A model generated the notes under the pieces. It saw only the letters and a program-made list of their open reading frames with translations, did not search any database and was not told where the DNA came from. DNA of 64,000 nucleotides, from contig JAXHNB010000008.1 in NCBI GenBank assembly GCA_034520945.1, forward strand, positions 96,001 through 160,000. The letters are read 5' to 3'. The position numbers were made by a program, and so were the translations under genes. Origin of the DNA: Trueperaceae bacterium (GTDB lineage: Bacteria > Deinococcota > Deinococci > Deinococcales > Trueperaceae). This document shows positions 30,717-41,256 of this stretch, in pieces. The stretch's first letter is position 1. Every line of letters starts with the position of its first letter.

Positions 30717-33708
30717 GTGAACGTTCGGTTGCGACTGCTCGGCGAGGTCCAGGTGCAGGTCGGCGGCCGGTGGATGGCCCCGCCGGCCGACAAGCGCCTG
30801 GGCCTGCTGGGCTACCTCGCCTGCGCTGACGGGTGGGTCGAGCGGGACCGCCTGGCGTGGCTGTTCTGGCCGGACGTGCGCTCGTCCCGGGCGCGGACCA
30901 ACCTGCGTGGCCTGCTGAGCCGGACCCAACGTGAGGCGTACGCCCAGGGGCTGGAGGCCGAACCGGAGCGGCTCCGCTGGGACGTTCCTCACGACGTCGC
31001 CGCGTTTCGAGCGGCGCTGGCCCGCGAGGACTGGGGCGAGGCGCTACGCATCTACGGCGGGACCTTCTTCGGCGACGCCGCCTGGGACGGCGTCGGCGAG
31101 CTCGGCGGCTGGATCGCGGAGCAGCGCGAGCGCCTCAGGGCCGAGCACCGGCGGGCGGCCCTGGCCTGCGTCGCCGCGCGGCCGGACGGGGACGCCGAGG
31201 TGATCGACGCCCTGGACGCACTGTTGAGGGAGGACCCGTTCGACGAGGAGGTGGCGCGTCACGCCATCGCCGCGCGGGCCGCGGCGGGCCGACGCGACGA
31301 GGCGCTTCGACTGGCCGCGTCGCTGCGCGCCAGGCTCCGGGAGGAGCTGGACGCCGCGCCGTCGGACGCGACGGAGCAGGTGATCGCGGAGCTCGACAGG
31401 CCGCCCGTCTTCGTGTCCTCGAACGAGATGCCGGATGCGGCGGCGGCGCTGACGCCGTTCGTCGGTCGTGGGTCCGAGCGTCGCGAGTTGGCGCAACGAC
31501 TGGCGCGCGACGACTGCCGCCTGCTGACCCTCACCGGACCCGGCGGGGTGGGCAAGACGCGCCTGGCGCGGCAGCTGGCGCAGGAGGCGGCCGGGCGCTA
31601 CCGCGACGGCGCCCACCTCGTGGATCTGGCCGTGGCGCGGACGGCGCAGGACGTGGCGACCGCCGTCGCGCGGGGCTTGAACCTGTCCCTGGAGGGGGAC
31701 GAGGCGGCGGAGGATGCGGTGAAGGAGGCGTTGGCCGGCGCCGAGGCGTTGCTGGTGCTCGACGACATGGACGGCGCGCTGGCGGCGGCCACCTGGCTGA
31801 CCGAGCTGCTGAACGCGTGCGCGGGCGTGACGCTGCTGGTCACCTCGCGCCGGCGCCTGGAGGTGCCGGGCGAGTGGGTGGCACCCCTGGCGGGGCTCGA
31901 GCTGCCGGACGAGGGCGCGTCTCCCGAGGAGGTCCGGGCCGCGGACGCGGTGCGACTGTTCGCGGACGCCGCGGCCCGGATCGAGCCAAGCTTCGTGCTG
32001 AATGAGGACACCTCGTCGGCCGTGCTGCGGATCTGCCGTCTGGTCGGCGGGTTGCCGCTGGCGCTGGAGTTGGCGGCCGCGTGGGTGCGGGCCCTGCCGT
32101 TGGGCGACCTGGCGCGCGAGCTGGAGAAGGGGATCGACCTGCTGGGCCGCACGCCGCACGACGACAGGGATCGGCACAGCAGCGTCCGTGCCGCCTTCGA
32201 GGTCTCCTGGCAGAGCCTGGAACCGAGCGAGGCCGAGGTGTTCGCGGCGCTGGCGGTGTTCCGCGGCCCCTTCGGGCGCGACGCGGCCGAAGCCGTGGCA
32301 GGCGCCAACGTCCATTCGCTGGCTACGCTGGTGGACCGCTCGTTGTTGCGTCTGGGCAATGATGGTCGCTACGAACGCCACCCGCTGCTGCGCAGCTTCG
32401 CGCGGGAGAAGTTGGCCGAGCGCCCCGAGCTCGAGCGGCGCGCCCGCGAGCGCCACGTGGACTGGTTCGGGTCCTGGATCGAGGGGAAGGTCGATCGGTT
32501 CGAGCGCACGATGTCCGCGCCCCTGGCCCACGACGCGGTGGCGGCCCATGCCGACCTGAGCGCCGTGCTCGAGGACGCGGTCGCGTCCGGCGACGCCGAG
32601 CTCGCCGCGCGCGCCGCGTCGGCGCTGCTCTGCTCCTGGATGGCGAGCGGGCGCTCGCGCGAAGGTCGCGCGTGGGTCGATCGCGTACGCGAGCTCCCCT
32701 TTCCGCCGGGCAGCCCGTGGGAGGCCGACATGTTCCGGTTGGCGGCGGTCCTGGGCAGCGCCGAAGGGGAGGACGAGGGAACGCGGCCCCTGCTGGAGGA
32801 GGGACTGCGCCGAGCACGCGCGATCGGCGACGTGTCGTGCGAGGTCCGCTGCCTCAACGACCTGTCGGTCGCGCACTCACGACGGGGGGACAGGGACACG
32901 GCGTCGGGCCTCCTGGATCGAGCCTTGGGGCTGGTGAGCGAGGAGGCGTTTCCGGCGGAACGGATGTTCCTGCTGACGCACGCGGGCAAGATGGCCATGC
33001 ACGCGGGCGATTCTGGTCGCGCGCACGACCTGCTGGCGCAGGGGCTCGCCATGGCGGAACGGCACGACAGCCTCAAGGTCATGGGCCTCGCGCACCTCCA
33101 CCGGGGCCGTTTGAAGCGGGCACCTGGGCGACACCCGTGCCGCATGGTCCGAGCTCGAGCGGGCCCGCGACCGGCTCGACGCGTTCGGGTACGTCGACCT
33201 GACGGCCCTCGTCCGCCTCCATCTGGCGCTGTCGTTCCTGGCCGAGGACGATCTGGAGGCGGCCGCCTCGCACCTCGACACCTGCCTCGCGCGATGGGGG
33301 GAGGCGGGCCTGCTCGGCCGCCTCCCCGACGCGTTGCGGGTCGTTGCCGCCGTCGCCGCCCGCCGCGGCGATCGGGCGGGGGCGGCCAGGTTCTGGTGCG
33401 TCGCCGGCGCGATCGCGCCTGGGCGCGCGACGGAACTGATCGCCAGCGAGTGGGCGTTCCTCGAGGCGACGCTCGAGGCGTCCGGTGCGGAGACGTCCGG
33501 CAGTTCCGGCGACGCGACCGACACGGACGCCCCACCGACCGCAGCCGCCGCCGTCGCGGCCGCGCGGGACGCGCTCGCAGGCCGCAGCGGTGATTGGGGC
33601 GCAGACGTTCGGCCCGCTACCGTTCGGGCTGGCTTCTCGACCCTGACCCGCTACCCTGCGAAGGAGGCGACGCGAACGATCCTCGACGATCTGCGCGACG
33701 ACCGGTGA
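30717..33708 (+). pseudogene. SARP/BTAD + NB-ARC-like ATPase + TPR regulator, frameshifted at ~33110-33150
   Basis: LRLLGEV, BTAD DPFDEE, GPGGVGKT, LLVLDD, GLPLALELAA; TPR-like text continues in another frame. Confidence 0.8.
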
Positions 33709-33775
33709 ACCTCTACGTCCAGACGTCCGCTGCCGTGACGCTCCTCGCCGAATCGGCCGAAGCGGACGCGCCCGC
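33600..33775 (+). pseudogene. VapB C-terminus / VapC N-terminus remnant
   Basis: ..TILDDLRDDR* overlaps GTG of VNLYVQTSAAVTLLAE, which resembles a PIN start LYxDTSAxxKL. Confidence 0.5.
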
Positions 33776-33789
33776 GGGGCACTGCTCCT

Positions 33790-34908
<1,119 letters not shown>

Positions 34909-34970
34909 GCGCGCCTCGTCATCGAGCCTCATCGTAGCGAGTGCGAGGCGGTGAGGGTGGTGCCACCGCC

Positions 34971-35040
34971 GCTCGGAAAACGGTTACGGCGCTCGGAGAA
35001 CGATTACGAGACGGGGTTCGGCTTCGAGAACGGTTACGGA
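34971..35040. promoter_or_regulatory. Phased triple direct repeat AACGRTTA (spacing 20 and 30 bp), copy 1
   Basis: Cores at 34979, 34999 and 35029; same architecture at 42783/42803/42833. Confidence 0.75.
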
Positions 35041-35133
35041 CCTTCGCGGGCGAGTACGGTGGCGGGCTGGCGGCTGCGCGAGGGTGCCGGGTGCCGTCAT
35101 CGACCGATGGCATGGTATGCCTGGCCTCAACTC

Positions 35134-36186
35134 ATGATCCGTGAGATCCAGCTCGAGAACTTCACCGTGTTTGCCGATGCCTCGTTCGCCCCTTCTCGAG
35201 GGTTGAACGTCTTGATCGGCGACAACGGTACCGGCAAGAGCCACCTGATGAAGCTTGCCTATGCCGTGCTCGCGGTGCTTGCCGAGGCGAACGACGCGAC
35301 AGCGCCGTGGACGAAGGACGGTTGGCAGCGGCGACTCGCGGAGAAGTTGGATGCCACGTTCCGCCCGGAGTCCTTGGGTCGCCTGGTGTCGCGGAGGCAG
35401 GGGCGCCGCACGTGTCGCGTAGTGATCGAGCTCACAGACGGTCAGAGCGTGGACTTCAGCTTCGCGAACAACAGCACGGTCAAGGTCGATCTCGAAGGCA
35501 GTCCGCCTCGGCCCATCGAAAACGGCCCCATCTTTCTCCCAGCGCAAGAGATGATCTCGAACGTGCGCGGCTTCGCGAGCGCGTACGAGAAGCGAGAACT
35601 CGACTTCGACGCGACCTATCGGGACCTGGCTCGGGCCCTCGAGGCACCGCCATTGCGGGGACGACCGAAGAAGGAGGTCGGATCGATTCTGGGTGCGCTC
35701 GAGCAGCTCATGCATGGCTCGGTGCAGCAAGCCGACAACCAGTCGTTCATGTTCGAACCCGAGTTCCGTGGCCAGGGGCCGATCGAGATGCCACTGGTAG
35801 CGGAGGGCATTCGCAAGGTCGCGACGCTTACGTACCTGCTGCGCAATGGCGCAATCGCGGACTCGGGGGTCCTCTTCTGGGATGAACCCGAGGCGAACCT
35901 GAATCCACGGATGCTCTCGTCGCTGGCCCGCATCATTCTTCAGCTTGCGAACTCGAGTGCCCAGGTGTTCGTCGCGACGCACAGCTTGTTCCTGTTGCGG
36001 GAGTTCGACATCCTGCTCAGGAAGGCAGGAAAGCCGGCGGCAGCGAAGTTCGCCGCCATGTCGCTGAATGAGGACGGTACGGTCGGACTGGATGTCGGGT
36101 CGTCGGCCGACGACGTCGAACCGATTGCGTCGCTCGAAGCCGACATCGACCAGACGGATCGTTACCTGGATCTGCCGGTGTCATGA
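35134..36186 (+). CDS. ABC/AAA_21-type ATPase
   Basis: IREIQLENF, GDNGTGKS, AEGIRK, LFWDEPEANLNP, ATHS. Confidence 0.88.
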   Translation: MIREIQLENFTVFADASFAPSRGLNVLIGDNGTGKSHLMKLAYAVLAVLAEANDATAPWTKDGWQRRLAEKLDATFRPESLGRLVSRRQGRRTCRVVIELTDGQSVDFSFANNSTVKVDLEGSPPRPIENGPIFLPAQEMISNVRGFASAYEKRELDFDATYRDLARALEAPPLRGRPKKEVGSILGALEQLMHGSVQQADNQSFMFEPEFRGQGPIEMPLVAEGIRKVATLTYLLRNGAIADSGVLFWDEPEANLNPRMLSSLARIILQLANSSAQVFVATHSLFLLREFDILLRKAGKPAAAKFAAMSLNEDGTVGLDVGSSADDVEPIASLEADIDQTDRYLDLPVS

Positions 36187-36698
36187 CTCCGCAAGTCCGG
36201 GAGGGCCAACTCATCTTCGCCTTTCCAGACGACTGGATCGTACTGAAGTACGACGCGTTGAGCTACGTCAGAAAGCACTTGGGCGGGTTCGGCGGCGGCT
36301 CGAAAGCGGTCGACATTGTCGCGTTGGATGCACCGCAAGGATCCTTGTGGGTCATCGAGGTCAAGGACTACAAGGATTGGCGCCGACAGAAGACGATGGG
36401 ACTCGTGGATGAGGTCAGCAAGAAGATGCGCGACTCCCTCGCCGGTCTCGTGGTGCTGATGCACCGGGGTGGCGCCGACTATCCTGCCGTGGCCAAGAAG
36501 CTGTTGTGTGAGGCGCAGCACCTTCGGATCGTCTTGCATCTCGAGCGTCCTGCCGTCCCGTCGAGGCTCCGCCCCGACCTAATGGATCCAAAGACGCTGC
36601 ATGATGCTCTCCGGAGAGAGCTCAAGTTCGTCGACAACCAGGCGCGGGTCACATCTCGCGGGATGGCGAACGTGCCTTGGAGCGTGTCGCGCGCGTAG
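36183..36698 (+). CDS. Putative PD-(D/E)XK nuclease coupled to the ATPase
   Basis: KAVDIVA...LWVIEVKDY; ATGA overlap with the ATPase stop. Confidence 0.7.
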   Translation: MTPQVREGQLIFAFPDDWIVLKYDALSYVRKHLGGFGGGSKAVDIVALDAPQGSLWVIEVKDYKDWRRQKTMGLVDEVSKKMRDSLAGLVVLMHRGGADYPAVAKKLLCEAQHLRIVLHLERPAVPSRLRPDLMDPKTLHDALRRELKFVDNQARVTSRGMANVPWSVSRA

Positions 36699-37129
36699 GC
36701 TGCGACGACATCGGGATCGCTGCGCATGCATCGCTGTTCCGTGGCAAGGCTGACCGTGTGAGATCGGAGGGCTGCGAGCCCCAGGTGACGTCCCCTCGGC
36801 AACAGTGATCGGGTGCGAGAGCAAGGTCTCAGCAGAGGAGCGGCAAGCATTGTATTCACCCATCGGAAGAAGAATATTCGACGGCGAGTCGCGCGAGCAC
36901 AACAACGCACCGAGGGACCGGGCTACCCGTACGTACTGCCTTCTTCCGGCGCGACGTTCGTGCGAATCATCGGGGAGACGCTCCTTGAGGGGTCGTTCCG
37001 AATGAAGAAGCTCGAGGATTGCTACGTGGAGTTGCAGCGGGTACTCCGAGCACGACTGGAATGCCTTGGCTTCGACGGAGAATGGACGGCGAGGTCAGAC
37101 GACGCCGTCGTATCGCTCTGGTAGACACC

Positions 37130-37338
37130 TCGCGGCCGCGGCCGGGTTGGAGCCGGGCGCCGAAATCGAGATCGCGGGGCGGCTTGGTGACCTGAGGGTT
37201 CCGCCCGGAAGCCGACTCGAGGCGCTGAGGGGCGACCGCATGGGGCAGTTCAGCATCCGCATCAACGACCAGTACCGGATCTGTTTCGTCTGGACCGCTG
37301 CGGGGCCCAGCGAAGTCGAGACCCTGGACTACCACTAG
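37130..37338 (+). pseudogene. higB: HigB toxin C-terminal remnant fused to a MazE-like fragment
   Basis: LGDLRVPPGSRLEALRGDRMGQFSIRINDQYRICFVW..DYH, preceded by AAGLEPGAEIEI instead of a HigB N-terminus. Confidence 0.75.
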
Positions 37339-37518
37339 GAGGATGGCCATGGCGACCAAGCTGGCGCCCGTGACGCCCGGCGAGATCCTGCTCGAAGAGT
37401 TCTTGAAGCCTTTGGGCATTTCGCAGTACCGCCTGGCGAAGGAAGTCGGCGTACCGTCCACCCGGATCAGCGAGATCGTCGCCGGGCGGCGCAGCATCAC
37501 GGCCGACACGGATCTGCG

Positions 37519-38944
37519 AGTGGCGTCCCGCCCTTTCTGTAACTTCCCCCAGGTGGGGGCTTCGTCTACGCCCTACGCTGCCATATCTTGGGCCTCCTTG
37601 TCTTCTTCCGCCGGGTCCGGCCGATCGGCCGGACCCGGCGCCGCGGGCTCATCGAGGAGGGTCATGTCGAGGTAACGGCGGCCGGAGAGCCATTCCTCGC
37701 TCTGTTCGGCCGCGAGGGCGGTGGCCAGGCGTAGGCAAGCGTCGGGGTTGGGAAAGATCCGCACGACATTGCTCCTGCGCTTGATTTCTTGGTTGAAGCG
37801 TTCCAGCGCGTTGGTGGTGCGGATCCGCCGCCGGTGGGGTTCGGGGAACGCGAAGCACGCCAGGGTGTCCTCGATCGATTCGTCGATCCAGTCGGCCACG
37901 GCCGGATGAGAGGCGCTCCAGCGCTCCACGACCTCGCGGGCGGCCTCCATAGCCCAGGCCTTGCTCGGGGCGGCGAATACGGCCTTCAGGTCGCCCGTGA
38001 GGGCCTTGCGGTGCTTCCGCCCGACCTTGCCAAGAGAATTTCTCTGGAAGTGCACTTGGCAACGCTGCCACGCGGCACCTTGGAAGTGCTTGCGGATGGC
38101 GGCGACGAGTCCGCGGTGCTCGTCGCTGGTGACAAGCTGAACGCCCGTGAGGCCGCGGTTCTTCAAGTCCGTGAACAACTCGTCGTACGTCGCTTGACTT
38201 TCCGTGTCGCACACCTTCACGGCCAGCAAGTCCCGGCGACCATCACTCCGGACGCCCATCACGATCAGCACGCCCTGGCTGACCACCTGCCCGGCGACAC
38301 GGACGTGCTCGTACCTCGCGTCGACCACCAGGTACGGGTAGGTCACGTCACCCAACGGCCGCGTGCGCCACGCCTCCAGGTCGGCGTCGAGGCCGCCGGC
38401 GAGGCGGCTGACCTGGCTCTTGCTGAACGACGTGCCACAGAGCTGCTCCGTGACGTCCTTGACCTTCCTCGTCGAGACCCCCTCGACGTACATCTCCATC
38501 AGGCTGAGCACCAGCGCCTTCTCGCTGCGCTGGTACCGATCGAACAATTCCGTCTTGAACGTCCCGTCGCGGTCCTGGGGGATGAGCAGGTCGAGCCTGC
38601 CGACGCGGGTTTTCAACTGCCGGGGCTTGTACCCGTTGCGGTAGCCCTTGCGGGCGTCCGTCCGCTCGTGCGGCGCGGCGCCAAGGTGCTGCGCCATCTC
38701 CTCTTCCAGGAGCCGTTGCAGCACGCCCTGCACGATGTCGCGCAGGAAATCCGGGTCGTTGATCAGCGCCTCACGCGCTCCGCCCTGAAGTTGCGTATCC
38801 TGAGTCTTGGCCATCGATCGCTCCGTTCCTGAATGGGCTCGTTTGAGACTTCCCATCCTGGAGGATCGATGGCCTCACGCGTACCGAAAACCTCGCGTTA
38901 CGCACGACCAACGAACTTTTTACAGATGGGATGTAGAGGCCGCC
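37519..38944 (-). mobile_element. IS256-family insertion sequence
   Basis: 8-bp TSD GATCTGCG at 37511-37518 and 38945-38952; imperfect terminal inverted repeats sharing tctgtaa. Confidence 0.92.
37573..38814 (-). CDS. IS256 (mutator-type) DDE transposase
   Basis: RNGYKPR, EMYVEGVSTRKV, YLVVDA, SDEHRGL, QRCQVHF, TTNALERFNQEIKRR. Confidence 0.95.
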   Translation of the reverse strand: MAKTQDTQLQGGAREALINDPDFLRDIVQGVLQRLLEEEMAQHLGAAPHERTDARKGYRNGYKPRQLKTRVGRLDLLIPQDRDGTFKTELFDRYQRSEKALVLSLMEMYVEGVSTRKVKDVTEQLCGTSFSKSQVSRLAGGLDADLEAWRTRPLGDVTYPYLVVDARYEHVRVAGQVVSQGVLIVMGVRSDGRRDLLAVKVCDTESQATYDELFTDLKNRGLTGVQLVTSDEHRGLVAAIRKHFQGAAWQRCQVHFQRNSLGKVGRKHRKALTGDLKAVFAAPSKAWAMEAAREVVERWSASHPAVADWIDESIEDTLACFAFPEPHRRRIRTTNALERFNQEIKRRSNVVRIFPNPDACLRLATALAAEQSEEWLSGRRYLDMTLLDEPAAPGPADRPDPAEEDKEAQDMAA

Positions 38945-39181
38945 GATCTGCGCCTCTGCCGGTTCTTCGGTCTGTCAGAGGGATACTGGTTGCGTGCGCA
39001 AGTAGCACATGACACCGAGGTGGCGCACGAACGCCTCGCCGGGGAACTGGACAAGATTCGTCCCTGGGCGCCGGCATAGGAGACGGCTCGTTGCAACGAC
39101 GGCGCGTAGCTGAAAGCGCCTTGCGCGATGCAGCTTGCACCAGGCGGTGGTACCGATGGCCGCTTTATCGCCGCGTGGCGC

Positions 39182-39598
39182 TCAAGGCGCGCTGAACCAG
39201 GCGAGGAACTCGTCGGGCGTGAACGTCGGCAGGTCGAGGGAGGCGAAGCCCGTCTCGTCCCGGGTCACGACCACCGACGCCCCAGCGTTGGTACCAGCTT
39301 CGTGCAGGACGGCGTCCTCGTAGTCTTCGGCGTCCAGAACGAGAGCGCTGCGCAGGACGTGCTGGTCGACCGGTGCGATGGCGAACATGGCGAGAAGGTC
39401 GTCGACCAGGCGACGAGCGACGCGGGATCCTCGGGCCCGGGCCGTGAGGTAAAAGACCGTGGTGATCGTCGTGGCGCCGAGTAGGCCGTGCACGTGGCCG
39501 TCGTCGACCAGCGAGAACAGCGCAGCCGCGGGCCCCGCGAATGGCGCTCGCGCGAGGAGCACGTCCAGGACGACGTTCGTGTCGATCAGAATCGTCAC
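39182..39598 (-). CDS. PIN-domain toxin
   Basis: ILIDTNVVLDVLLAR..DYEDA..VVTRD..F. Confidence 0.9.
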   Translation of the reverse strand: MTILIDTNVVLDVLLARAPFAGPAAALFSLVDDGHVHGLLGATTITTVFYLTARARGSRVARRLVDDLLAMFAIAPVDQHVLRSALVLDAEDYEDAVLHEAGTNAGASVVVTRDETGFASLDLPTFTPDEFLAWFSAP

Positions 39599-39837
39599 GA
39601 GTGCTTCTCGATCAGGTGATCTTTGTAGTCGTGCTCATCGACGTCCGCTCGCTCGAGCGCACCGAGAAGCCGATGGACGCGCGGGGTAAGCCGTGCCGGC
39701 GCTCCGTCCTCGTCGCGGCCGATCGCATCGAAGTAGCCCTCGACCATTCGCGACAGGGAGGTGCCGTGGTCCTTCGCGTAGCGCTTGGCGCGACGGACCA
39801 CGTCGTCGTCGAGGCGCAGCGTGAGTTTCGACTTCAT
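39595..39837 (-). CDS. DUF6364-like ribbon-helix-helix antitoxin
   Basis: MKSKLTLRLDDDVVRRAKRYAK..SLSRMVEGYF; overlaps the PIN gene start. Confidence 0.85.
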   Translation of the reverse strand: MKSKLTLRLDDDVVRRAKRYAKDHGTSLSRMVEGYFDAIGRDEDGAPARLTPRVHRLLGALERADVDEHDYKDHLIEKHS

Positions 39838-40279
39838 GGCGGCCTCCTCGTACGTACATTCTAGCAAGTAGACGTACGTCTGGCGGCCGCTCGGCGCGAC
39901 AAGCGCGGAAGCCTCGCGCCACCTTCCTGACGCCGACTGACGCCGAAAGCGCCACCAAAGCGCGTGCCGAATCTGCACCACCGAAGCCCCAACCGCCAAC
40001 ACGAGCCAGCTGACCAACGCCAAGGAGCCCCCGCCGGTGCCCGCGAGGACGAGCGCGGCGATCTCCATCCGGAACGCCCACGTCCCATGCGGCCGACGCC
40101 GCCGACGATCCGATCGCGCCGAGCAGGAGGGCCACGACGCCCACGACGCCCCCCCCGCTTCAGCCCGAGGTCGAGGAATCGGGGGCCGACATGGCCGCAC
40201 CGCCAACGGTCCGACCGCTCTGCCTACGCCGCTTCGTGCAGCCGCTCGTTCAGCGCGAGGATCGTCACACCACGATCGT

Positions 40280-40695
40280 CGAAGCGAAGCCTGCCGCCGG
40301 ACGCGACGCTGCCGGATCCGCCGGTGGCGTCAGTACCCGAGTTGGTGGTCGAGGTGATGAACGAGACCACGCTCGGTGCGGCCCGCAGGCTCGTCGACCA
40401 GGGCAGGCGCCCCCTCGCCCTGAACTTCGCCAACGGGATCGAGCCGGGCGGCGGCTTCCTCGACGGCGCGCGTCCCCGTGTTCCGCCGGGACGACGGGGC
40501 GACGCTCGCCGGGCCGTGGCTCCTCGACCTGATCACCTGCGCGGCGCCGTTCGCGCCCGCGCTCGGGCAGCCGGAAGCCGGGGATTTGCTCGAGCGGCGG
40601 ATCGGCCGGGCCCTGGCCATCGCACGCGCTTACGAGTCCAGGTCGCTGGTCCTCGGGGCGTGGGGGTGCGGCGTGTTCGGGAACGATCCGACCCG
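40280..40695 (+). pseudogene. TIGR02452/DUF2263 bacterial PARG-like macrodomain remnant
   Basis: NETTLGAARRL..LNFANGIEPGGGFLDGAR, then a deletion and frameshift to VFR.DDG..ITCAAP..LVLGAWGCGVFGNDP. Confidence 0.8.
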
Positions 40696-40939
40696 CTCGG
40701 ACCAGCAGGCAGGCGGCGGCCAATCCGGATCGGCCCAGGCCGCCGTTGCAGTGGACCGTGACGTTTCTGCCCGACGTCAGCTCGGTGTGCAGGTCGTCGA
40801 TCAGCTCGCCGAAGGCGTGGCGGTCGACGTCCAGGTCGCGGCGTCCTGGGACGCCGCCCACGGGGATGGCGTCCACGCGGATCGGGTGCGTCTCGGAAGT
40901 GGCGAGGGGCCTTGGGTCGGCGGCTCGTTCTTGGGGCAT
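40690..40939 (-). pseudogene. CDKN3-like protein tyrosine/dual-specificity phosphatase remnant
   Basis: TSETHPIRVD, PGRRDLDVD, VHCNGGLGRSGLAAACLL; internally deleted. Confidence 0.75.
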
Positions 40940-41256
40940 GAGGGCTCACCTCTTCGAGTACCTGGTCGAGTCCCGGACTTGCTCGTGCGCAGGGCGGCTA
41001 CCTGTCAGCGACGTGGAGGCCATGTGCACGACGCCGGCCGGCGTCCATACCTACGTGACGCGACGCTGCAGGGCGAGCCGAGTAATGGGGTGCGTCGAAG
41101 TCACCTGCGCCCGCGCTCGAATCCGTTGCCGGTCAAAGGTTCAACGTGCAAGCTCACGCCCGCCGTCGCGGGCTTCCGGCACCCAAAACGCGTCCAGAAT
41201 GAAGCCGAGATGGCGTCGGAGCGCGTGGGGCGGCCGGTGGGCGCATGTGCCAGGCG

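Larger units (their letters stand above)
37349..39079 (+). pseudogene. higA: HigA antitoxin interrupted by IS256
   Basis: PGEILLEEFLKPLGISQYRLA..RSITADTDLR | LCRFFGLSEGYWLRAQ; removing the IS and one target-site duplication (TSD) restores the frame. Confidence 0.9.

Noticed and set aside
19240..33150. Programmed frameshifting in the reductase, MBL hydrolase and SARP genes
   Set aside because: No slippery sequences seen; decay or sequencing indels are more likely
34971..35040. Possible CRISPR array
   Set aside because: Repeats are short and imperfect, spacers are 1-11 bp, and no cas genes are present; treated as an operator-like repeat
36813..37124. 103-aa ORF after the putative nuclease as a third system gene
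   Set aside because: Not coupled, no convincing start signal and no recognisable motif
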